From a virus, in the IMG/VR virus record IMGVR_UViG_2513237085_000001, positions 1,496 through 65,495 of that record: DNA of 64,000 bases; one strand, 5' to 3'. The notes under the pieces are model-generated. The model saw nothing but the letters and a program-made list of their open reading frames with translations, was not told the origin of the DNA and made no database searches. A program made the translations under genes and the position numbers. Positions 27,121-35,939 of the stretch are shown in pieces. The number at the start of each line of letters is the position of its first letter. The stretch's first letter is position 1.

Positions 27121-29109
27121 TTAGAGCGTCTTGACCTGGTGGGACTTCGCTTCCGGATACCGGTCGAAGAACGAGGTGACGGCCTTGGCGTCCATGGTGA
27201 CGCTGGACTGCCGAACCGGATTGGCGCCGGGGAGCGGCTGCGTCTTCAGGATCGCCTTGAAGGCCGAGGGGTGAACGCCGGTGACATCGATGTTCAGGCA
27301 CTTGAGGGCGGCGCCATAGACGTCGGCGGCGCTGTCACATGCGATCGAGATCGACCCGACGTAGGGACGGACGTCTTCCTTGGCGGTATCGATCTCGCGA
27401 CCGATCTTGCGCTCATTGGCGACGGCGGCCCTGATCGCCGCATCCATGGCACCCTTGCTGACCATGTCCTTCTTCTCCTCGTCTTCGGCTTCGCGCTTCT
27501 TGCGCTCGTCCTCGTCATCATCATCGTCGTTGTCTTCGTCCATGGCCGACTGGCCACTCATGAGGGCCTGGCATTCGGCCATTTCCTCATCGGAGAGCTT
27601 GGACTTCAGGATTTCCATGAGGCAGGCTGTGGGGTCTGCATCGACACCTGTCTTGCCAGCAGCTGGCGTGCCGCTGTTCGGATCCATGTCGTCTTCGGCC
27701 GCCTCGACGGTCTTCAGCGTGTCGAGGAGATCGATCACGTCCTCGATGTCGGCGTCCTGGGCGAGCTTGCCGGTGACGGCCTTCTTCAGATCGGCCGCGA
27801 TGGTGGCCGGAACGTAATTCTTCGCCGTGACGTCCTTGAGGACCGCCGCAACGTCGATCTTCGCGTCCTGGGCGATTTTCGGACGCAGGTATGCGAGGAT
27901 TGCGCCATGGGCAACCGAGGCCTTGCGCGATAGGACAATGGACTTCGATGCCATGTCGTTGGTCTCCTGTGAGTGGATTGCTTCATCGCCGACAACAACG
28001 TCTGGCCCGGCGCGGCCTTCCTTCACGAGGGCAACATGGTTTCCCTCGATATTTCGCATCACCCCGTCGTAGGCTTCGCCATTGGCTCGACCCGGGGTCA
28101 TGTCTGCGTCGTACCGATAGCCGCAGGAGATTTCCTTCTGCTCATTGGCTTCGATCAGCTTGATGGCTTCGCCGTCCCAGATGTTGAGCGGCGCTTTCAG
28201 GTAAGGAGCCTTGAATTCGACACTGCTGCCGATCGAGCCGACCACCACCTCACGCGGGTGATCGCTGGAATTGATCGGCTTGTGGATGAGCATCAGCGGC
28301 TTGCCCGCGAAGCTCTGGGCTGCTTTGGCCAGTTCCTTCGGATCACGGTAGAGATGATAGACCCGCTCGCCATCGAGCCCGAGGGCCTGGTAGTTCGGGA
28401 TCTCCTTGCCGTAATAGGGGCAGATGTTCGCCTTGCTGATCGGCGTTGTCTCGACAAACATGTGACCGTCGGCGTCAATCCTGCGAACCGTGTCCCGGTC
28501 CATGGCGATCGAATCCATCGCCGAAGCGGTCTCGTCTTCCTCGGAGCTGAGCCAGTTGACCAGGCCGATCTTGAACATCGCCCAGTCTTCCGGTGTTTCG
28601 AGGCCTTCAATGCCAAGCCGATCCTTGATCGTGCTTTCCACCGCCGGATGAAGCGGACCCGGCAGTTGATTGAACGGCGACCAGGCATAGCCGCTGTGCT
28701 CTTCGTTGAGCGTCGGGACGAACTTCTCCGGGACCGGCTGGGCGAAGGTGTGAAACGCCATCTTGTTCGGCGTCACCCGGCTGTCGATCAGCTTCGGCCG
28801 AGAGGCGCTTTCCGGGACAGAGCCCATCTCCTCGGTCGCCTCGCGATCGGCGGTCTGTTCAGGCGTCTCGCCTTCTTCGCCCTTGCCACCTGGAAGCGCC
28901 CAGTGGCCGGCGTAGTTCTTTTCCGTCGACGAGCGCCGCAGGAGCAGCACATCACCGTCGGGAGCAATGTAAAGCGTTCCAGCTGCGTGGCCCGCCGTCG
29001 CATCCGAGGCGACGAACTCCTCGCCTACCTTCTTCGGGATACCGAGCGTGCTCTTGCCTTCTGCCGCTGCAAACATCGCGCGCCTCTGGGCCTCACTTGT
29101 CGCCGGCAT
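27121..29109 (-). CDS. Nudix hydrolase - DUF2213 (prohead protease/scaffold) fusion
   Basis: Exact Nudix box GGKGEEGETPEQTADREATEEMG; DUF2213 motifs TPISKANICPYYG, SFAGKPL, EISCGY, NHVALVKEGRAGPDV. Confidence 0.9.
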   Translation of the reverse strand: MPATSEAQRRAMFAAAEGKSTLGIPKKVGEEFVASDATAGHAAGTLYIAPDGDVLLLRRSSTEKNYAGHWALPGGKGEEGETPEQTADREATEEMGSVPESASRPKLIDSRVTPNKMAFHTFAQPVPEKFVPTLNEEHSGYAWSPFNQLPGPLHPAVESTIKDRLGIEGLETPEDWAMFKIGLVNWLSSEEDETASAMDSIAMDRDTVRRIDADGHMFVETTPISKANICPYYGKEIPNYQALGLDGERVYHLYRDPKELAKAAQSFAGKPLMLIHKPINSSDHPREVVVGSIGSSVEFKAPYLKAPLNIWDGEAIKLIEANEQKEISCGYRYDADMTPGRANGEAYDGVMRNIEGNHVALVKEGRAGPDVVVGDEAIHSQETNDMASKSIVLSRKASVAHGAILAYLRPKIAQDAKIDVAAVLKDVTAKNYVPATIAADLKKAVTGKLAQDADIEDVIDLLDTLKTVEAAEDDMDPNSGTPAAGKTGVDADPTACLMEILKSKLSDEEMAECQALMSGQSAMDEDNDDDDDEDERKKREAEDEEKKDMVSKGAMDAAIRAAVANERKIGREIDTAKEDVRPYVGSISIACDSAADVYGAALKCLNIDVTGVHPSAFKAILKTQPLPGANPVRQSSVTMDAKAVTSFFDRYPEAKSHQVKTL

Positions 29110-29533
29110 CGTTCAAATCCATCTCGTAGACGATGGCGACTGGTCGACGACCCAGCTTGGTCATCACAGCCTGCATGTCGTTGTTGTTGAAAGCGGTAGA
29201 GCCGGTAATGCGGACCACGTTCTTCTCGGCCGCGATCTCTTTGAGCTTGCCGATCAGTTGCCGATAGATGCCTTTGCGCCGATGTTCAGGATCTACCCAT
29301 CCGGTGTAGATGAATATCGACTGGTTATATTCGAGGGTGTCGTAGCTGATGATCCCGACTATTTTCCCTTGGATGCGGGCAACTACTGCCGCATGCGAAT
29401 AATGGACGCCATCAGCGCTATGGAATGATGAAAACCCTACATCTGGGAGAGCGAGCCGAACTTCGTATAGCTTTCGAACGATCTCACCGTGTCCGCCGAT
29501 CTTGGCAAACGTCTCGATAGCGACATCAGTCAT
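29093..29533 (-). CDS. GNAT-family N-acetyltransferase
   Basis: Acetyl-CoA motif A WVDPEHRRKGIYRQL; IVGII strand; C-terminal NNNDMQAVMTKLG. Confidence 0.85.
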   Translation of the reverse strand: MTDVAIETFAKIGGHGEIVRKLYEVRLALPDVGFSSFHSADGVHYSHAAVVARIQGKIVGIISYDTLEYNQSIFIYTGWVDPEHRRKGIYRQLIGKLKEIAAEKNVVRITGSTAFNNNDMQAVMTKLGRRPVAIVYEMDLNDAGDK

Positions 29534-29745
29534 CGATCGACCATGGGCTCTGGCATTTCGTCTATGATCGGGACTTCAAGCCAGTACCCGCGACGTGGTC
29601 CGCAGCTTGCCTCCCACAATTGCAAAAGCTTGATATCGCTTCCGTTCTTGAACAGGCGTAGGCGACCGGTCGGGATAGGCTGCACCCCAAGGAGCCTTTC
29701 GGCAGCAAGAATGTCGGATTCGTCGGTCGGGCTAAACTTCGTCAA
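29530..29745 (-). CDS. Small hypothetical protein (71 aa)
   Basis: TTG start after AAGGA RBS; stop overlaps the GNAT start (ATGA). Confidence 0.55.
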   Translation of the reverse strand: MTKFSPTDESDILAAERLLGVQPIPTGRLRLFKNGSDIKLLQLWEASCGPRRGYWLEVPIIDEMPEPMVDR

Positions 29746-29977
29746 CGTGATCTTCCTTATGGCTGAACCAGCCGCCGCCGCGGCCCGGATTCGTCTCGTC
29801 GTATCCGAGGCGATCGTCTTTCCTGAGCTCGGCCTCGACCGTGGCGATCTGCTCTGCCTGAGACGCTCCGGCGACGATATTCCCCACATTGGTGAACGCG
29901 TGCCAGATCATACCGGCCGTGCGGGGTCCATGACCCGCCACCATGTCGTGGGCGAAGTCTTGAAGATGCGATGGCAT
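29732..29977 (-). CDS. Small hypothetical protein (81 aa)
   Basis: Follows the MuF gene after 17 bp and overlaps the next gene. Confidence 0.5.
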   Translation of the reverse strand: MPSHLQDFAHDMVAGHGPRTAGMIWHAFTNVGNIVAGASQAEQIATVEAELRKDDRLGYDETNPGRGGGWFSHKEDHVDEV

Positions 29978-29994
29978 CGTTCACTCCTGATTTT

Positions 29995-30816
29995 TCAGCT
30001 AAAGCCCTTGATGACAGGGCGGCCTACGCATCTGCAGTGGATGAGTTCGCCCGGCTGGATTTTCTGTCCAACCGCGGGATCGAACCATCCCTCGCTGATG
30101 GTGTAGCGCGTCTTCTCTCGACCGGCCTTCAGATGCGACGGCCTCGACTCTCGTCCGCCACCGCTATGCACCCACACCGCCTCGGTCAATCCGAGCTCGA
30201 CCTGGCGGGCTCTGTTGAAGGCGGCGGTGGCCTTATTGTTCTGGTCCTTGCTGATCAGGGCCGCGCGGCGCCGTGTGACGCCAAGCCGCTCCTGCAGATC
30301 CTTCGACACCTGCCCGAGATCGCGCCCGCTCTGGACGCCTCTCATGACGATCCCTTCTACCTGCTCCAGGTATTGGGCCGGGATGGATTTGATCAGCGCC
30401 ACGTTCTGGTGAACCGTCGCATCCATTATGTCCCGCATGGCCGGAGTGATCTGGAAGCTGACGGTCCAGCCGCCATCCTTCAGGATCTTCTTCATCACCG
30501 CCGTCGACCGCGTCTCGACCGATTGAGCGAAATACTCCGCCATCTTGGTCGACATGCTATCGAAGCGCTTCAGCCAGCGGGACGAGAGCTCCTTCATCGA
30601 GCGGCGCAGCGCATCGGCCGGCGTCTCGTCCTGGGCTATCCTCGGCTCGTTCTGGCGATAGGTAGCGGTCAGCCAGTAGACGACGCTGTCGTGCATGTCC
30701 TGGATGAGCGCATCGAGACGGCGCTGGTATTCAGCGGCTATTCCCGCATTCGGGTGAACGGGCCTCAGGATCGTTTCCGTGGCCTTCGGCGTCTTCCGCC
30801 TCAACTTGCTCGCCAA
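29995..30816 (-). CDS. MuF / SPP1 gp7-like head morphogenesis protein
   Basis: QNVALIKSIP, RRRAALISKDQNNKA, WVHSGGG...RPSH, QPGELIHCRC. Confidence 0.92.
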   Translation of the reverse strand: MASKLRRKTPKATETILRPVHPNAGIAAEYQRRLDALIQDMHDSVVYWLTATYRQNEPRIAQDETPADALRRSMKELSSRWLKRFDSMSTKMAEYFAQSVETRSTAVMKKILKDGGWTVSFQITPAMRDIMDATVHQNVALIKSIPAQYLEQVEGIVMRGVQSGRDLGQVSKDLQERLGVTRRRAALISKDQNNKATAAFNRARQVELGLTEAVWVHSGGGRESRPSHLKAGREKTRYTISEGWFDPAVGQKIQPGELIHCRCVGRPVIKGFS

Positions 30817-30906
30817 CCGCGCCCTCCGGCTTCTCTAGGCTCTCCGGCAGTTCATCGCGCAGCTTTGGCTGCCGTGCATTGATGACGTCCCAGAGGTCGA
30901 GTTTGA

Positions 30907-32520
30907 TCACGCTGCTTCAGCTTTCCCGAAAAGGCGATTGGAGGCACTGTCGTCTTTATCCTCTTCGCCAATCCCGGGCAATGGGTGGCCGCCCTTCGGG
31001 GCTAGGCCATTCTCTTCCTCGTCCAGCAGATCCGGCACTTCCTCGACGTCGATCGAGGCATAATCCGAGCCTGGATCGTTCGCCACGCGCTTGCGGGATT
31101 CGTCCGGCGACAGCACGCCGGTATCGATCAGGATCTGATCTGTCTCGGCCTTCAGCTTCTCAACCTCGGCTTCGCTCTTTTCGTCGAGCGAGAACAGCGG
31201 CTTGAACTTGAAATCGATGGCCGGATCGACCTCGCCCCAGAGCGAAATCATGATCAGGCCCATCAGGCGCCGGATCGGATGGCGATACAGGTGCTCCTGA
31301 TAGGCATGGATGTAATCGTAGAACACCCGCATCTGATCTTCGCTCGAGGCGTTCAGGCCCGCCGGCTGGATGCCCAGCAGCTTGACCGTCGGGATATGCG
31401 AGACAGAGGCCATGTGCTCCTGTGCCTGGGCTTGCAGCTCAGACAGACCGGAGAGAGACACCGAGACGTTCTGAAACTCCTCGCTGTCCTTGTCGATGAT
31501 CATCAGCCCGCGGTTATCCCGCAGGTTATTGAAGAGCTCGGCACGCTTGAACAGCTGCTGCCCGTCGGCCTGCAAGGACTCCCCGAGGTTGGTGCTGAGC
31601 ACGAAAACCGAGAAGGCCGAAATGATGTCGTTGACCGACTGCCGCGTCTGCAGCCAGTTGTCCACGTAGGGCTTTGCCATCTGGGACAGCGACAGGCCGC
31701 CGAAGGAATAGGTCGGCTTGAGCAGATCCGGGACTTCCCGGCCGATCAAGGTGATGAGCCGCGACGAGTTGACGATCTTTGCCTGCACATACCAGCTGCC
31801 CGGCCGGTACCAGTCGGCTTTCAGCGGGTCGTTCGAGTTGTAGCTCGTCGGATAGCACCACACGGCCTCGACGGTGCGCAGCGCTTCGATCTTCTTCTTG
31901 CTCAGCTTGGTCTTGCTGATTGCGTCCCAGCCATCGCCGATCGGCAACTGCAATTCGGCGGGATTGTCGGTATCCCCTGTGTCGATATAGATATGGCCGC
32001 GACCGAAGAAACCATCCTGTTCCGTGGCTCTGGCGAACATGCCGGCCACGTCGAGGCGCTTGAACTCTTCTTCCAGTTCATTGATCCGATCGGCCTTCTC
32101 ATCGTCATCGTCGGCGCTGGATGTGAACTCGATCCACTCCCGCGTCATTTCCGTCGCGATGGTTTCCGAGATCACCCGATATTCGGGGCGCTGCGCCAAC
32201 TCCGACAGATAGGCATAGCCGAGGAAGGTGATGCCCTCGGTCCAGAAACCGTCGGCGGCGAATCCATTGGCCCATGCGTTGGTCCCGGCAAGAGATGAAT
32301 CCATCGCCATGCCGCTGTCGCCCTCAGGCAGCACACCGGGAGGCGGAGACGGCATCGAGAACACCGGGACACGGACGTACGAATCCGGATTGATCCTGGA
32401 CGACATCAGCGCGCCGTCAGGCACCTTGATGGGTTTTGGCTTGTCAGCCACCGGCGGAGCTTGGACCGCAGTCTCCTGCGTCTTCTGCCGGCGGAGGCCA
32501 AACCAATCGCGAATACCCAT
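30907..32520 (-). CDS. Portal protein, DUF1073 (anti-CBASS Acb1-associated portal-like) family
   Basis: FLGYAYLSELAQRPEYR, FFGRG, YSFGGLSLSQ, LSGLSELQAQ, IPTVKLLGIQPAGLNAS; directly after terL. Confidence 0.9.
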   Translation of the reverse strand: MGIRDWFGLRRQKTQETAVQAPPVADKPKPIKVPDGALMSSRINPDSYVRVPVFSMPSPPPGVLPEGDSGMAMDSSLAGTNAWANGFAADGFWTEGITFLGYAYLSELAQRPEYRVISETIATEMTREWIEFTSSADDDDEKADRINELEEEFKRLDVAGMFARATEQDGFFGRGHIYIDTGDTDNPAELQLPIGDGWDAISKTKLSKKKIEALRTVEAVWCYPTSYNSNDPLKADWYRPGSWYVQAKIVNSSRLITLIGREVPDLLKPTYSFGGLSLSQMAKPYVDNWLQTRQSVNDIISAFSVFVLSTNLGESLQADGQQLFKRAELFNNLRDNRGLMIIDKDSEEFQNVSVSLSGLSELQAQAQEHMASVSHIPTVKLLGIQPAGLNASSEDQMRVFYDYIHAYQEHLYRHPIRRLMGLIMISLWGEVDPAIDFKFKPLFSLDEKSEAEVEKLKAETDQILIDTGVLSPDESRKRVANDPGSDYASIDVEEVPDLLDEEENGLAPKGGHPLPGIGEEDKDDSASNRLFGKAEAA

Positions 32521-32523
32521 AAA

Positions 32524-33981
32524 TTACCTCATTCCCGATCGCTGGAGCACAGCATCGCTGATGACCATGACGCGAGAGAGTTGAACGTTGTCGGCAGCGA
32601 TCACGGCGTCCGCCAGGTTATGCGACTTCACTCCCAGGTCTTTTTTCAGTTTCACCTTGGGAACGACCCGCTTCTTGCCTTCGCTCTCCACCCACCACGG
32701 TACACATAGCTCGGTGAATAGAGCATCGAGCTTTGCGGCCCCGATCCCAGACGAGAACGAAAGAACATCCTCAGCCCTGATAGGTTGGCCCCTGGTGACG
32801 GCATTGAACGTCAGCATCGCCCGTCGTGCAGTATTCGCCCAGGCCTGCGCCTTGCGGTTCAGGTATTCGTCCTTATTCAGCGGGCTTTTGCTGTTGTAAG
32901 GGTCGCTAGCCTTGTCCGGTTCGAGAACAGCTCCGCCGGCATGAAAGGCGTAGTGGTTAACCCGGGCCCGGTTTTCCTTGTTCTGCTCGTCGATATATCC
33001 ACCAACGAATGCGCCGACGCCGATCGTATCGTACGACACAGTTGCGCCAATGGCCTTCGCCTTGGCCCACACCTTTTTGGCGTTCTGAACGAGCTCATCC
33101 TTGCCAGACGACCAATCATCGACCTCGGCGAAGATGCCGCCGACCTTGTCGGCCGTCGCGCATTTGTCCTCGCCATCGTCGGCAGGGTCGAACCCGATAA
33201 TATTCCGCCCGGTCAGGCTGATATTCAGCGTCACATGAGCGTCTATGCAGGCATCGAGCCAGCGGCGCTTGAAGATCGAAAGCTCGCTGTCGCCGAGTGG
33301 TATGCCACCATAGACGTGTTCGAACGTCTCCGGGTTGCGCTCCCGCATCGCGGCGATATCACGCAACGCTTTCTGCGAGAGGAATGGATTCTCGGTGTAA
33401 TCGATCTTCCGAACCACGCAGTGCGGCGGCACGTTGATGACGAAGTTCTTCCAGACGTAATCAGTTACGAGCTTCGGATTGAAGAGCAGGATCGCGAGGC
33501 TGTCTTCCTTGCGGATCGTCGGCCCGATGACCGTCCACTGATCCTCGGTCAGCTTCTCCGCTTCTTCGACCCAGAGGATATCGACGTCGGACGTGCCCTT
33601 GATGTCTTCTAAATTTCGCTCAATGCCGTAGAAGATGAATTCCGACCCCGTCACCTTGTGGATGATGGTGGTCTTCTGAACGTCGTACTGGTCGCCGAGA
33701 CCGAGATGAGCGATCGCCCATTTCAGTTCCGTGTAGACCGAATCCTGAATGCGGTTCTGGAAGCGACGGATGCAAAGTACCCGCATCCTGACGCCGACAT
33801 GGTTGACCAACCGAACCAACTGGCAGGCCGTGTCTCGCGTCTTTGAGCTGGAGCGACCGCCGTGAAGGACCGCGATGTCCGCCTGCCCGAGGAAAACCTG
33901 CTCCCAAAAATCATGAAGGGCGGGGTTGGTGAGATATGTGGTGGCGTCTAGCTCTTCTCGCTGCGCAGCACTTCCCGCCAT
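32524..33981 (-). CDS. terL: Terminase large subunit (PBSX-type)
   Basis: Walker A LHGGRSSSKT, Walker B ILWVEEAE, nuclease GFDPAD and SHNLADA. Confidence 0.95.
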   Translation of the reverse strand: MAGSAAQREELDATTYLTNPALHDFWEQVFLGQADIAVLHGGRSSSKTRDTACQLVRLVNHVGVRMRVLCIRRFQNRIQDSVYTELKWAIAHLGLGDQYDVQKTTIIHKVTGSEFIFYGIERNLEDIKGTSDVDILWVEEAEKLTEDQWTVIGPTIRKEDSLAILLFNPKLVTDYVWKNFVINVPPHCVVRKIDYTENPFLSQKALRDIAAMRERNPETFEHVYGGIPLGDSELSIFKRRWLDACIDAHVTLNISLTGRNIIGFDPADDGEDKCATADKVGGIFAEVDDWSSGKDELVQNAKKVWAKAKAIGATVSYDTIGVGAFVGGYIDEQNKENRARVNHYAFHAGGAVLEPDKASDPYNSKSPLNKDEYLNRKAQAWANTARRAMLTFNAVTRGQPIRAEDVLSFSSGIGAAKLDALFTELCVPWWVESEGKKRVVPKVKLKKDLGVKSHNLADAVIAADNVQLSRVMVISDAVLQRSGMR

Positions 33982-34559
33982 GTTCTCGTCTCGGTCTGGA
34001 TCGGCGCGCCGTCCTTGCCTGTGTGCTCGTGCCGCTCGATGAACATGCCGAGGTGCTTGCCAATGTCGACGAGCGCGCCCTTCTTGTCGTGAAGCTTCAG
34101 CTTAATGCCGCCGGTCGAGTTCTGGCTGATCTCGGCGATTGCCGCCGCCGTCTCGTCGTCGATGTCATCGCTGGAAACGAGCTGCACGTTGTTGGTGACG
34201 ACATTCTTGATCACCAGGACATCACCGCCGTCGGGGTTGTCTTCCTCAGTGACCAGCGTGCCTTGCCACTTGATGGCCTTGCGGATGTCGGAGAACCCGA
34301 TCTTGGCCAGTTCCTCCAAAACGCGCTCTTTCGTGATGGCGAGCTTTTCGATGGCCTTTTCGGTGGCTTTCCGCTCTACCGTCTGCTCCCATTCCAAAAG
34401 CTCGGAGACGCGTTGTCTGATGTTGTCTTTCTGCTGTAAGCGAGAGGCATTTCCGCGGTCTGGTTTGAAGCCAGCGGCCGCATATGCGTCATCTGCTGTA
34501 TTGCCTTTGGAGAGGGCCTGAGCGAACTTCTCGTGCCGGGCGTTTTTTAGGACTGGCAT
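33948..34559 (-). CDS. terS: Terminase small subunit
   Basis: LKNARHEKFAQAL...AYAAAGF...NASRL N-terminus; KLKLHDKKGALVDIGKHLGMF; EHTGKDGAPI. Confidence 0.92.
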   Translation of the reverse strand: MPVLKNARHEKFAQALSKGNTADDAYAAAGFKPDRGNASRLQQKDNIRQRVSELLEWEQTVERKATEKAIEKLAITKERVLEELAKIGFSDIRKAIKWQGTLVTEEDNPDGGDVLVIKNVVTNNVQLVSSDDIDDETAAAIAEISQNSTGGIKLKLHDKKGALVDIGKHLGMFIERHEHTGKDGAPIQTETRTWREVLRSEKS

Positions 34560-34580
34560 CGATCAACCTTGGGGGATTGA

Positions 34581-34778
34581 ATGGAAACCGAAGACGACTT
34601 GCTTATGCGCGAGATCAACGCTTTCGCGGATCGAGCGGAAGAGAACAAGCATTCGCATGCTGACATGCGCGCTATCGCACTTACGTTGCACGCGCATTTC
34701 CCGCACCGGTCGGTCGACGAGATTGAGGACAAAGCTAAAGACGTCTGGCGCACGAGAGGTCTATTTTGGCTCAGCTGA
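34581..34778 (+). CDS. Small hypothetical protein, antisense to the late operon
   Basis: Fills the gap between terS and the DUF3309 gene; plausible globular 65 aa. Confidence 0.55.
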   Translation: METEDDLLMREINAFADRAEENKHSHADMRAIALTLHAHFPHRSVDEIEDKAKDVWRTRGLFWLS

Positions 34779-34782
34779 CAGG

Positions 34783-34938
34783 TCAGATGCGCCCGATCAG
34801 GATCAGCACGATCACGATGATGAGCACGAGGCCGAGACCGCCGGATGGCGCGTAGCCCCATGATTGGGCATGAGGCCAGCTCGGGAATGCGCCGATAAGC
34901 AGCAGAATCAGCACGATTAGCAAAATGGTTCCAAGCAT
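34783..34938 (-). CDS. DUF3309 family small membrane protein
   Basis: MLGTILLIVLILLLIGAFPSWPHAQSWGYAPSGGLGLVLIIVIVLILIGRI matches the family pattern. Confidence 0.88.
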   Translation of the reverse strand: MLGTILLIVLILLLIGAFPSWPHAQSWGYAPSGGLGLVLIIVIVLILIGRI

Positions 34939-35005
34939 CGGCCTATCCTTAGAATGACGCTTGATACTCATCGGCGGCGCCGGAGCATTTCGCGATATGA
35001 ATTTT

Positions 35006-35128
35006 CTACAGCGCCCGCCAAAGATCGCGGCCCGGAGGCTGATAGCTGACGCAGCCGATCAGGGCGCCGACCATGCAGGCGATCGCCACCGCGAAGAGGA
35101 AGGCAATGATGAAGCGCCGGGCTGTCAT
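35006..35128 (-). CDS. 40-aa lipoprotein (not in ORF track)
   Basis: MTARRFIIAFLFAVAIACMVGALIG-CVSYQPPGRDLWRAL; ATGA overlap with the upstream stop; lipobox LIGC. Confidence 0.6.
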   Translation of the reverse strand: MTARRFIIAFLFAVAIACMVGALIGCVSYQPPGRDLWRAL

Positions 35129-35562
35129 GCGGCGCGCGATGCGAAGAAAGGCAGCCGGTAGAAATAGCCGGGGGCACCAATGTTGATCTTCTTCGCGTTG
35201 AGGAGCTCGATGAATCGTGTTTGCTCATCGTCGCTCAGGTGCTGGAAGTAGAACTTGGCGTGGCTTATGTCCCGCGTCACCCAATGGGTGCAATCGTCGG
35301 GGCCAGTGCACTTGGCATCGCGAGGGCAGTTCCGGTAGGTCTGTTTAAACCCCTCCCCGCCTTTGTTCTCGACGTAGACCTTGTAGGACTTGTCCGTCGG
35401 TCCGAGTTCGACATCGCCAGCTTCGAGGCGGCACATGAATGTTTTCTCATTCAGGCTTCCGCAGTAAGAGCAGGTGCCATCCTCGCGCCAAGTGTCTTTT
35501 GTGTGAGCCGCAAAAGCAGGTACGCCTTCGGCGCGCCGGGGGCAGAGAAACTCTTCCGACAT
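35125..35562 (-). CDS. Cys-rich hypothetical phage protein
   Basis: CSYCGS, CPRDAKC..DC; GGAGA RBS. Confidence 0.7.
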   Translation of the reverse strand: MSEEFLCPRRAEGVPAFAAHTKDTWREDGTCSYCGSLNEKTFMCRLEAGDVELGPTDKSYKVYVENKGGEGFKQTYRNCPRDAKCTGPDDCTHWVTRDISHAKFYFQHLSDDEQTRFIELLNAKKINIGAPGYFYRLPFFASRAA

Positions 35563-35627
35563 CAGCGATCTCCAGAGATGTTGATTTCTTCGCCCTCGGG
35601 TGAGGAAGCAGAAATGAACATCGGGAC

Positions 35628-35656
35628 AAAAAGAGCCGGGACATCGCCCAGCTCTT
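35628..35656 (-). terminator. Strong intrinsic terminator ahead of the late operon
   Basis: AAGAGCUGGG-CGAUGU-CCCGGCUCUU 10-bp stem, with the U run continuing (UUUUU). Confidence 0.8.
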
Positions 35657-35678
35657 CAAAATGATCTTCAGCTATTTG

Positions 35679-35936
35679 TCAGCAGGCGCGCCATCGATGC
35701 GCGAGGCTGAGGCCGTGAGTGTCATAGCTTTCGCGATAGACCGGCTTCAGGTCGGCGATCTGGCGGAATGCTGCGACACCGATCTCGTGCGCCGAACGCC
35801 AAGCGTAGGGGGCAGCGACGAGCATCACCGCCCGGAAGAACGCATCCAGAGCGCTGTAGAGGGTGATGAAGACGGGAGAGACGTAGTTGGCGATCACCGA
35901 AATGATGGTCGCAAAGGTCAGACTGCGATAAGCCAT
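35679..35936 (-). CDS. Hypothetical 85-aa hydrophobic protein
   Basis: RBS GAGGAAAG 5' of ATG; followed by the terminator. Confidence 0.6.
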   Translation of the reverse strand: MAYRSLTFATIISVIANYVSPVFITLYSALDAFFRAVMLVAAPYAWRSAHEIGVAAFRQIADLKPVYRESYDTHGLSLAHRWRAC

Positions 35937-35939
35937 GCT

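Noticed and set aside
29093-29745. Classical GNAT-RHH toxin-antitoxin pair
   Set aside because: The upstream 71-aa ORF shows no ribbon-helix-helix pattern, and the genes are embedded in the late operon without their own promoter.
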